Shown one piece after another: positions 13,140 through 25,245 of a DNA stretch of 64,000 nt. The DNA comes from Malacoraja senta (taxonomy: Eukaryota). The DNA is taken from positions 17,920,001 through 17,984,000 of the forward strand of contig CM075990.1 in NCBI GenBank assembly GCA_038087875.1. The letters run 5' to 3'. The notes under the pieces were generated by a model, which worked only from the letters and a program-made list of their open reading frames with translations, was not told where the DNA came from and ran no database searches. The position numbers and the translations under genes are program-made. Position 1 is the first letter of the stretch. Each line of letters begins with the position of its first letter.

Positions 13140-14742
13140 TGTATTGAATGGATTAAAGGCCGATAAATCCCCAGGGCCAGATAGGCTGCATCCCAGAGTA
13201 CTTAAGGAAGTAGCCCCAGAAATAGTGGATGCATTAGTGATAATTTTTCAAAACTCTTTAGATTCTGGAGTAGTTCCTGAGGATTGGAGGGTAGCTAATG
13301 TAACCCCACTTTTTAAAAAGGGAGGGAGGGAGAAAACGGAGAATTACAGACCAGTTAGTCTAACATCGGTAGTGGGGAAACTGCTAGAGTCAGTTATTAA
13401 AGATGGGATAGCACCACATTTGGAAAATGGTGAAATCATTGGACAAAGTCAGCATGGATTTATGAAAGGTAAATCATGTCTGACGAATATTATAGAATTT
13501 TTCGAGGATGTAACTAGTAGAGTGGATAAGGGAGAACCAGTGGATGTGTTATATCTGGACTTTCAGAAGGCTTTCGACAAGGTCCCACATAAGAGATTAA
13601 TATACAAACTTAAAGCACACGGTATTGGGGGTTCAGTATTGATGTGGATAGAGCACTGGCTGGCAGACAGGAAGCAAAGAGTAGGAGTAAACGGGTCATT
13701 TTCAGAATGGCAGGCAGTGACTAGTGGGGTAGCGCAAGGCTCAGTGCTGGGACCCCAGCTATTTACAATATATATTAATGATTTGGACGAGGGAATTGAA
13801 TGCAACATCTCCAAGTTTGCGGATGACACAAAGCTGGGGGGCAGTGTTATCTGTGAGGAGGGTGCTAGGAGGCTGCAAGATGACTTGGATAGGCTGGGTG
13901 AGTGGGAAAATGCATGGCAGATGCAGTATAATGTGGATAAATGTGAGGTTATCCACTTTGGTGGCAAAAACAGGAAAGTAGAATATTACCTGAATGGTGG
14001 CCGATTAGGAAAAGGGGAGATGCAACGAGACCTGGGTGTCATGGTACACCAGTCATTGAAAGTAGGCATGCTGGTGCAGCAGGCAGTGAAGAAACGAATG
14101 GTATGTGAGCATTCATAGCAAAAGGATTTGAGTATAGGAGCAGGGAGGTTCTACTGCAGTTGTACAGGGTCTTGGTGAGACCACACCTGGAGTATTGCGT
14201 ACAGTTTTGGTCTCCTAATCTGAGGAAGGACATTCTTGCCATAGAGGGAGTACAGAGAAGGTTCACCAGACTGATTCCTGGGATGTCAGGACTTTCATAT
14301 GAAGAAAGACTGGATAGACTCGGCTTGTACTCGCTAGAATTTAGAAGATTGAGGGGGGATCTTATAGAAACTTACAAAATTCTTAAGGGGTTGGACAGGC
14401 TAGATGCAGGAAGATTGTTCCCGATGTTGGGGAAGTCCAGAACAAGGGGTCACAGTTTAAGGATAAAGGGGAAATCTTTTCGATGAGAAAAACATTTTTT
14501 ACACAGAGAGTGGTGAATCTGTGGAATTCTCTGCCACAGAATGTAGTTGAGGCCAGTTCATTGGCTATATTTAAGAGGGAGTTAGATGTGGCCCTTGTGG
14601 CTAAATGGATCAGGGGGTATGGAGAGAAAGCAGGTACAGGATACCGAGTTGGATGATCAGCCATGATCATATTGAATGGCAGTGCAGGCTCGAAGGGCTG
14701 AATGGCCTACTCCTGCACCTATTTTCTGTTTCTATGTTTCTT
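13140..14742 (+). mobile_element. young 5'-truncated CR1 LINE
   Basis: KSPGPD, NYRPVSLTS, QHGF, FADD and CVQFWSP motifs with few frameshifts; CR1 3' UTR and ttctatgtttct tail. Confidence 0.95.
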
Positions 14743-14759
14743 CGCTATCGATTCAATGA

Positions 14760-15235
14760 GGCTGGTCCAGGACAAATTGCTTGGTGAAATTTATTCCCAA
14801 GAACTTAAAGCTATCAACCATCTCTACTTCGGAGCCGTCAATGTACACCAGAGCGTGAAGTCAGTCCTGAAGTCCTAAAGTCAGTCACAATCTCCTTCAT
14901 CTTGCTGACATTGAGGGAGAGCTTGTTGTCTTGGCACTCTCCTTACTGTTCTCTGTCTTGTCATTATTTGACATCCGGCCCACTATGGCAGTGTCGTCTG
15001 CGAACTTGTAAATTGAGTTGAATTGGTATTTGGCTGCACAGTCATGTGTGTATAAGGAATATAATTGGGAGCGGAAAATGCACTAGTGTTGAGGATTATC
15101 GTGGAGGATGAATTATCACCTATCATATGTGTCTGTTGGTCAGGAAGTCAAGAATTCAGTTGCGGAGGGGAGTACTAACTCCAACTTCCACAAGTTTGGA
15201 GACGAGCTTGGTTGGGATAATATTGTTACTGTCAA
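14760..15235 (-). mobile_element. old Rex1/Babar-type RT fragment
   Basis: Minus strand encodes degenerate LVSKL..., THDCAA, YKFADDT, similar to 30634-31000. Confidence 0.65.
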
Positions 15236-16108
15236 TACAAGCCTGAAACATTACCATAATTTTTAATACCATTGATTTCTTTGCAATTGAACCAATTGAC
15301 TTCATATTACTAATGCCCCTGCATATGAAAGAATTTTAAAAGCAACAAAGAATTATGCAGAGTACTTTTTTAAATGTGAACCATATGCGTATATTATTTA
15401 TTGGTCTGATTTCATTGCACGGACTTTCCAAAGTTGAATTTTTCACAAATTGCCTCTGCAGTAATTTGATTAAAAGATTAAATTTGATGTGAAAGGAAAA
15501 GTTATTGCAAACTTATAAAATACATTTGGAAAGCAAATTTACGAGGGTTTTATATTTTGAGAAGAAACTTGATTGATAATAATGATAATAATTACTGTAG
15601 TACATAAGAAAATAAACAAACATTTCAGAGCTCCTTAAAACCAATTTCAGACTTTGTCAAAACTAACTTCTTGGCAGATCTTACAAAGCTTTTGTTTTGT
15701 CATTGTCTGCAAAAGGAAATGACACTTTTTTTCCAGGCAAGTTGCATCCTATGGTTATTAAACAAACAGGGCCTATATATTCATCTGCCTTTTTCAAGCA
15801 TAACCTTCTTCAGTCAAACATGCAAAATAATCTTGTGAAAGCACTAATTCATTCATTGCAACCATATCGATGCTGTGATAATCAAGCAGTGATCATCTGA
15901 AAAGTGTATTTTTAATTAAAGCATAATGTGGCGCAGCAAAGGAACACAGGAAAGCATGTGGTTCTTCTCCAATTGAAAAAAAGAGCATATTCTTGACGGA
16001 ACTACACCAACTCTGATGTTCTATTCACTTCCTTCAGTGTCATTTGTAGCAAATTGGTGCTCCATTACAAATCAACATATTAGTTGTAAACAAAGAGAAT
16101 GATCCAGA

Positions 16109-16296
16109 GGTACACAAAAATGCTGGAGAAACTCAGCGGGTGCAGCAGCATCTATGAAGCGAAGGAAATAGGCAACGTTTCGGCCCGAAACGTTGCCTAT
16201 TTCCTTCGCTCCATAGATGCTGCTGCACCCGCTGAGTTTCTCCAGCATTTTTGTGTACCTTCGATTTTCCAGCATCTGCAGTTCCTTCTTTAACAC
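16109..16296. mobile_element. Penelope-derived foldback (inverted pseudo-LTR) insertion
   Basis: 76-bp arms (16108-16183 and 16185-16260) with one mismatch; 13-bp target duplication AGAATGATCCAGA at 16096-16108 and 16297-16309. Confidence 0.8.
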
Positions 16297-17939
16297 AGAA
16301 TGATCCAGACACTGGTGCAGTGGAAAAAGTACTTTAATGTGACAGTTGGAAGCAGAATCTTGCCATTTTAAGCTCATATGTGTTTAATAATTGTCGCTAA
16401 TTTCCCAGCCAGCACTTGGCACAATAATGAACTGACCATTTCCAATTGCTTGATAATCTTACGACTGAGTGGAATTTACTACGAATGGCTGGGTTGAGTG
16501 ATCAATACTCATGGCAAATTATTCTCAGTGAAAATCGAGCAATAGCAAGTGTGCCATTTTTTATAATTATTTTAATTCCACGATCAGTTTAAAAATGCAC
16601 GGTACTCAGCTTTAGACAAGTAAAAAACCCATCAGTTACAACTGCTATGGTGTAGCTGCTGATTAAACTGTGCTCTACTCACAACTGGTTGCAGAGAAGG
16701 TTTACCTCTCAATACTCACCCTAGCCTTTAGTTATATTTTAATGCAGTAAAGAATGCAAACTCAACAAAAATACCCCCTCAACATCAGTACGATACTGCA
16801 CTAAGATTTGGTATTGTGATTCATTCAAAGTTAAACTGTCACCAAATTGCACTAAATGAGATTCTTAGACAAGTTGATAATTGAATATGCTTTCAAAAAT
16901 ACTTTCAACAGGAATGCAAGGAATTAAAAAAATTAACTAAACCTATTCAGTGTAAATGGAAATTATACACTGGATTGCATGAATTAAGAGGCTGTCAGAT
17001 TGAAAGAAAACAAACTTTCATTGACATTACCTCTATCCAGAAATTTATCTAAACTAATGCAGTCCAAGTCACTTCCTGGATGCACAGTTAGAACTGTGAA
17101 TATAAAAGATTACTACAGCCTCGTGGTAGAAGCACATACAAGCAGTGTTTTTGTTTTTTTAATACATCAACCCTTTAGCAGGACCTCTATGTTAATCTAA
17201 AAACTTTGCTGTTCAGGTAATATTTACAACATGTCCAAGTTCTGTTTCTCAGACAAAACAAAGAAAAAGTGTGAATTCTGGTTTAGTTTTCCATGAATCT
17301 TTTATCAATTCACTTATAACTACATCATCATATTCTCCTTTAGAATGTTCCTAATGCTACTTCAATGTATCAAGGCTACAAAATCCTAATTGATTACTGG
17401 ATCATAGCAATGAACCTAATCCTACCTGCAATATTTACAGCACAAAGAGCAGTTCTTAAAAACAAAGTGTAGATGATGGAAGAATGGAACCAAAATTGTC
17501 CTTGATTGATGGCATGACAGAGAAACTGAAATAATCCTCTGCATCGGATATTTTGAGTAACTGTTGGTTACTTCCAGTGAAGGAAGAGGTGGTTGAGAGA
17601 TTGGAAAGGATAAAAATAGATAAACCAGAATCATTAAAAAAGTTGATTGCATTTAAAGTAGTAATGTTACCCAGTGTGGATGGCATGCTTCCTAGATTAT
17701 TGAAGAAATAAGGGTAGAAATTGTGAACCATAATCTTCAAATCTTGCTCTACCACAAGAATTGGAAAGACAATTACATGATTTCACCCTTTCTTCTCACC
17801 CAAGATTGATACACGAGCCAAATAAATCCCAGTCAGTTAAAAAAGAGGCAAAAGAAATGTTTGTTAATCTCAAACAGAATTCATTTTGAAAAATGTTCCA
17901 AAATGAAAGCCAACTTTGGTTTTAAAAGACAAATAACTG

Positions 17940-19340
17940 AGGTAAACCAGGGCAGGATCTTCATAGTGAATGGCAGAGCCCCAGGGTGTGTGGTAGAACA
18001 CAGAGATCTAGGAGAGTAAGTACTGAGTTCCCTGAACGTCACATCACAGGTAGATAGGGTGGTCAAAAATGCTTTCGATACATTGACCTTCACCAGTCAT
18101 GGTAATGAGTATAGAAGTTGAGATGTTACAGTTGTACAAGACATTGGTGAGGCCACATTTGGAGTATTGAAAGTGAATGGTATATTAGCATTCATAGCAA
18201 AAGGATTTGAGTATAGGAGCAGGGAGGTTCTACTGCAGTTGTACAGGGTCTTGGTGAGACCACACCTGGAGTATTGCGTACAGTTTTGGTCTCCAAATCT
18301 GAGGAAGGACATTATTGCCATAGAGGGAGTGCAGAGAAGGTTCACCAGACTGATTCCTGGGATGTCAGGACTTTCATATGAAGAAAGACTGGATAGACTC
18401 GGCTTGTACTCGCTAATATTTAGGAGATTGAGGGGGGGATCTTACAGAAACTTACAAAATTCTTAAGGGGTTGGACAGGTTAGATGCAGGAAGATTGTTC
18501 CCGATGTTGGGGAAGTCCAGGACAAGGGGTCACAGCTTAAGGATAGAGGAGAAATCCTTTAGGACCGAGATGAGAAAAACATTTTTCACACAGAGAGTGG
18601 TGAATCTCTGGAACTCTCTGCCACAGAAGGTAGTTGAGGCCAGTTCATTGGCTATATTTAAGAGGGAGTTAGATGTGGCCGTTGTGGCTAAAGGGATCAG
18701 GGGGTATGGAGAGAAGGCAGGTACGGGATACTGAGTTGGATGATCAGCCATCATCATATTGAATGGCGGTGCAGGCTCGAAGGGCCGAATGGCCTACTCC
18801 TGCACCTATTTTCTATATTTCTATGTTTCTATTGTATTCAGTTTGGGTCACCCTGCTACAGGATATTGTTAAGCTGGAAAGAGTGCAGAAAAGATTTACA
18901 AGGATGTTGCCAGGACTTAAAGGCCTGAGCTATAGGGAAAGGTTGGATAGGATCCCTTGGAGTGCAGGAGGCTATGGAATGATCTTACAGAGGTGTATAA
19001 AATCATGAGTGGAATAGAAAGGGTAAATGCACAGATACTTTTACCCAGAGTAAGTGAATCAAGAACCAGAGGACAAAGATTTAAGATGAGAGGGGAAAGA
19101 TTTAATAGAAACCCGAGGAGCAACTTTTTCCACACAGTCTGGTGGTTGTAGGGAATGTGATGCCTAAGGAGGTAGTTGAGGCAGGTGCAATAACCACTTT
19201 TAAAGACACTTGGACAGGTACATAGAAAAACATTCAGAAGACTATGGGCCAAATGCAGGTGGAAGGGACTAGCATAGATGAGGCATATTTGACGGCATAG
19301 ACAAGTTGGGCCGAAGGGCCTGTTTCCATACTGTATGACT
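17940..19340 (+). mobile_element. old CR1 3' fragment interrupted by a young CR1 3' end (about 18170-18832)
   Basis: The young piece is nearly identical to 14090-14742 and splits an older ...ggagtattg|tattcagtttggg sequence. Confidence 0.9.
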
Positions 19341-20655
19341 GTTAAGAAGCTTCATGACAATTTTCTCAAGGACAATTAGTGATGGGCTACAAATATTTGA
19401 TCCAACTGCAATATCCAGTTCCCAAAAAGAGAATTAATAAGCCATCAAGTCACCTGATGAAATGTTTTATGATAAAATGGAGAGCAAACCCGAGGTTCAA
19501 GCAGTTTGCTGAGCGGATACAAACCTAGCTAAGAGTCAGAAAACAATAACAGCTGACTGAAGAGAGGCCTAATGATGACACTTGAGAGATTTGCTATTGG
19601 GATAGCCACCCTTCTGGTAGGCCACTGGGCACTATTACAACCTTTGTTGGTCATATAGAACTTTTTTTAAATATAGGAGTCAATGAGAAGGATTGCAATT
19701 GATCTGTGAGGACAGAATGGCTGGTAAAATGAGCAGACATATGGCAGATGACATTCAACACAGACAAGTGCAGAATTAAATATTTAGCTCTGAATGGGGA
19801 CAGACAATAAGCCAAAAGGACAATTTCAAAATGACTGTATAAACGTAGTCTGAGGACTGTGAAAACACATGGTACTGAAAAACAAGCTAAAAAACATCTT
19901 TAAAATAAGTCTAAGCAATAGGTCTTTATAAATGGATGCAGCCTACAAGTAGTGAATTAGACTAGAGGATTCTACAAAACACTGATCACACCCGTTAGAG
20001 TACTGTATGTAAATTTCATTTAAGGGGATTTATTAACACGAGAGAGTACAGGGATGCCTTATGGGAATTGTTGCAAAGATGAAGGGGTTTAGCTATTTGA
20101 AAAGGCAGGTGTTCTCTTTAGAACAGCGAAATTAAGAGATTTGATCGAGATATTCCAAAGCAACAAAGGTTTCTTGGAATCTTGGAAACTTTATTGTCAT
20201 TCAGACCTTTCGGTCTGAACGAAATTTTGTTCAACAGAGTAAATAAGGAGAATACTGTCCCCAATGGATCAGTAACCAGACACTGCATTTCACCAATAAG
20301 GAGCAGTGTTAATTAAACTATTATCAATATTATCCTATTCAGAGGTCATGTCTTATCCTTAAGTTCACCTCTCCTCTACTTTTGAAATAATAAAACTTTA
20401 AAAGTGGCATTTTAGGAATCATGCCAAAAACAGATTCTGTCAAAGCTTTTTTTAGAAGCATGGTCAAATCATGGTTTGTAGTTGAAAAAGTTCCAGATAT
20501 GTAACCTAACAGCAGAATTTAATTTTAGGTATTGTGTTCAGCATCTGCTAGCCATGACATTAATTGAAGCAAACTGCACCACACACAAGGCAGTTACCTG
20601 CATTCTTTCGGTACATGCTTCAGCAGAAAAGCAAAGAAAACAAAAGTGAGCTTAC

Positions 20656-20658
20656 CTT
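20656..20658 (-). CDS. vcl: candidate 3-nt alternative microexon of vinculin (AAG = Lys) or recursive splice site
   Basis: Minus strand ...ttttctttgtttcttcttcattctcccttgtag|AAG|gtaagc. No AG dinucleotide on the minus strand from 20661 to 20798. The phase-0 intron makes it frame-preserving. No transcript evidence available. Confidence 0.55.
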
Positions 20659-21361
20659 CTACAAGGGAGAATGAAGAAGAAACAAAGAAAAGGGTAAAAA
20701 TAAGTTTGTAATGATCAAAGAAGAAAATGAATATAAAAGAAAATTATGAAACATGCAATATTTTGACCACAAATGCGGCAGAAAATTTACAGCAAGATCT
20801 CTATGATAAATTTTCTTATTGTCCACTGACACACTTATAACAATATAAAAACATACTGAGTATATAAAGCTGCATCTAAAGTTAATTGTCTTTGCAAATT
20901 CATATTTTTTTGGCCAGATGTTCAATGGATATCAGAAGGGAAAGTATATACTATCCTGCCTCGGAACAGGCACTTCACCTGAATGGACATGCTCGCACGT
21001 TATGACTTGGCATTCTATTGTATTTTTCTGCAGTAACAAATAAATAAGTAAGCTTTAAATGTTCCTATTGTTTGTAGCACAATAAAAAAAATATATATAT
21101 ATATATACCTGGCACTTCAACCAAGATTTTTTAGAAAAGTGAAATGGTGAAAAATGCAAAACGGGACATAAAAAGGTCTACACATACAAACACTCCAGTG
21201 AAGGAACATATATATTTTCAGAACCAAGTAATTATTACCCTATTAAGAATAAGATCCAAAAGCATATTATACGTCAATAGAAAAGTAAATAAAAACCTTA
21301 ACACTGAAGTTATTTCTTATAAAGCACTTGCATTATTTCCTGTCACAACTTTCAAATTTAC

Positions 21362-21522
21362 CTTACTGGCCCAAGCATCTTCATCCCAAGATGTTAGCTG
21401 TAACACACGAATTATCTCACTAATTTCAGTACTCATCTTTTCCACAGTGAAGTTACGGTTCTTTAAAGCTTCTTCCATTCCCTGGCTTTTGAATTGTTTT
21501 GTAGTCACAAAAATCTTTATGG
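21362..21522 (-). CDS. vcl: vinculin exon 6 (161 nt)
   Basis: cag|CC ATA AAG...AGT AAG|gtaaat; (A)[53 protein letters not shown]; ends in phase 0. Confidence 0.97.
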
Positions 21523-22346
21523 CTGTAAAGCATAAATATTATAAAATTACATTTAAAGCATTTCAACAAGATATATAGCCACAAGCATGCATACACACAT
21601 TATTTGTGCTTCAAAAACAATCCTATTTATTAGAACCTTGATTTCACCTTCAAGTACAATCATTTGCAAACTCCTATAACTCAATAAATTATTGGATCAT
21701 TGAAATAAAGTAATAAAGATTTGATTCTGTGCAAGAAAAAGTCATATACCACATGTCTACATGGATTTTAGTAAGATATTTGATACCTTAGTAAGGTATT
21801 TACTTACTACCACCCCATGGTAGACTCAGTAGATTAAGATGCACAGTATTAATAGTGACTTGGAGATATGGATACAGAACTGGCTTACTGTTAAAAGCAA
21901 GAGGTTTGTGGTGGAAGGACAATATTCACGCTGGAGGTCTATAACCAGTGGATTACCGCAAGGATCTGTGCATCAATAGTGGGATTTAAGAGACTTTTGG
22001 ATAGGCACATGGGTATGCAGGGAATGGAGAGTTATAGATTATGTTCAGGTAGATAAGAGGTCCTGGCATCATGTTCAGCACAGACATTGTGGGCTGAAGT
22101 GCCTGTTTTTTTGCTGCACTGTTCTACGTCCTAATAACTACAGATGCTGGTTTACAAAGAAAGAGTGTTGGAGTAGCTCAGCGGGTCACTTTAATTGCAA
22201 AATCAAATCCTATTGACAAGTTATATGCACTCAAATTTGAATAGATTTGAAGAATGAAAAAATAAATTAATGAAACAGTGAGGGGTGGACAGCACCAAAA
22301 AAAATCGAATATACTTTCACACTGCTGGAGATTGATAGACAGATCA

Positions 22347-22526
<180 letters not shown>

Positions 22527-23829
22527 TTAATTCATGGTGCGGTGAAGGAAGAAAGTGACAATAAATACATATAATTACAGAATAAACAACTATATGTGGA
22601 CACCAAGAAATAGAGTTGGAAAGTCAAGGTACACAGCATGTAAACGACCTTTGGCCCAATTCGTCTATGCTAACCAAGATGTCTACCTGAGCTGGTCCAT
22701 TTGCCTGTGTTTAATCCATTTCCCTCTAAACCTTTGCTACCCATGCATCCTCCTCAATGCCTTTTCAACATTGTAATTGTATCTGCTTTTAAAGCTTCTA
22801 CTATCTGCTCATTCCATATACCCTCAGCCTTCTGTGTAGAAAAGTTGCTCCTCAGGCCCCTTTTAAATCTTTCCCTTCTCACCTTAAATCTCAGAGCCAA
22901 AGCTGATAGTGACAGACAGCATGGAAACATGCCATTTGGCCTAACGTCCACATTAATCAAGTTGGTTAAATGAGCTAGACATCCCCATAGCAGAAGTGTC
23001 CACGTCGCAGGGCTGGAAACTGAAAGTATCCTGAGCTCATTCTGCTACCACCATCATCTATTGCATCAAGTGATGTCTCCCACTGATTGTCGCCTGAGGA
23101 CGGACGATGACAACGATGTCAACATTTGAAACATGGAAGATGGACTCGAAAGAAGACAACTGAACTAGACACACTTGCCCTAGTCTGGCCCATATCCCTC
23201 CAAAGCTTTCCTATCCATATAACGTTTCAATATATTTTAAATGCCGTTTCTTCCCAGATGTCATCTGGCAACTGTCCTCTCACCAGCTCAAGTGTGGTCC
23301 TGACCTCCCATCTACCACATTGGAGGCTTTGAACGATCTTTAATCAGACGTTATCAGATTTTATCTTGTGCTAAATGTTGTACCCTTTATCTGTACTCTA
23401 AGGATAACTTGATGGTATTCATATGTAATCTTTTCTTTGACTGGATAGCACACAACAAAAAGCTTTTCACTATATCTCGGTACACACAATAATAATGAAC
23501 TAAATAATATGTCACCACGACTACCAGTCTCTCTCATAGCTTGTTCCATGTATTCATCACCATCTGCGTAAAAAAGCTGCTCCTCGGGTACCTGTTAAGT
23601 CTTTATCCTCTCACCTTAAATCAACTTCGTCAATTTTTAGACAACTCGGGGGAAAAAGACTATGTGACAGGTACATGGATAGGACAGGTTCAGATGGGAT
23701 ATGGGCCAATCGCAAGCAGATGGGACTAGTGTAGATGGGACATGTTGGTTGGTATGGGCAAGTTGAGCCAAAGAGCCGTTTCCACATTGTATGACTCTAT
23801 AATAGATAAATCACCTTATCTTCAACAAC

Positions 23830-24290
23830 GGGTCGGTGATGGAGAGAGGTGAATTTCTACATGTGTACAGTGGAGAGCATATTGACTGATTATATTGTGG
23901 CGTGGTTCAGTAACTCGAATGTGTAGGAATGAAGGAGATTACTAAAAATGGTGGACACTACCTGGTCCATCACGGGTACCAACCTTCCCTCTATAGGAGG
24001 CCCTGTCTCAAAAAGGCAACCAGCATCATATTTCCCTCCTACCATTGGGAAGGTGGTATAGCAATCTGAAAACTGTAACCTCCAGATTCAGGAACTGCGT
24101 CTTCCCAGCAACCATCTTGCTCTTGACATCAAGTAAACAGCAAACTACAAATTGTCTTGGTTGCACTAAGCAATTTTTGCACTAATACTGTGGGGGGTTT
24201 TCAATTTACTGAACGTTTATGTTTATTATGTTATCTATGGGTTCTTTGTTTACAACCAAGTTATGCTGCTGCATATGGAGCAAGACATTT
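23830..24290 (+). mobile_element. old Rex1/Babar-type 3' fragment
   Basis: NFYMCTVESILTDYIVAWFSN-like translation. Confidence 0.6.
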
Positions 24291-24750
24291 ATTATAGAGA
24301 TAATGAGAAATCTCATTCAGCAATGGAAGCATCATTGGGTCTGAGGTGGTGTGAGGGGGGCAGGGGGGTACAGGCAAGGAGAGGGCGAGGGTGAAGAGAG
24401 ATCATGATGTTAAGACAAGTATCATTTAAGGTCACAATGAATAGTTCAGCAAGGTCAAAGGGCAAAATGTCAAACTTTCCCATCTGTTCTACATTTCCAA
24501 TAATTTTCCATCTATACAGAATGTTAAATACATTTGCTGGTCACTTAATCTCCATCCACACAACATATTTATGCATCTGGAGATAGGAATGTAAACTGGA
24601 AGTTAAAATAAGAACGACTTTTTTCCCAGCATCAATATTTCTCCTTTCTCCATGAAGCTATAACTTCATCAAAATACATAATCCCTGCAAAAATGTGGTT
24701 GAAATGAAGGTCAGTTTGCTTTTGTTACATTATAAACATCCAAAGAATTA

Positions 24751-24954
<204 letters not shown>

Positions 24955-25245
24955 TTAAAGTCATTATCACTGTCATAGAGTCATACACCATGGAAACAGG
25001 TCCTTTGGGCCATCTTGCCCACACCAACCAATGCTATCCCACCTGTCTGTGTTTGGCACATATCCTCCTAAATGTATCTTATCCATGTCCCTGTCCCAAA
25101 ACATTGTGATAGTACCTGCCTCAACTACCTCCTCTGGCAGTGCAGTCCATATACCTACCACCCTTTCTATAAATGTTGCCTCACAGATTCCTATTAAATC
25201 TTTTCCCCCCTCACCCTAAACCTAAGTCCTCTGGTTCTTGATTCC

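Noticed and set aside
16700..16730. TAG-G-GTGAGT on minus, a possible 1-nt exon or donor
   Set aside because: There is no pyrimidine tract upstream and no plausible open exon.
21144..21578. 144-aa plus-strand ORF (also 2177-2446 and 1828-2022)
   Set aside because: These are antisense shadows of vinculin exons.
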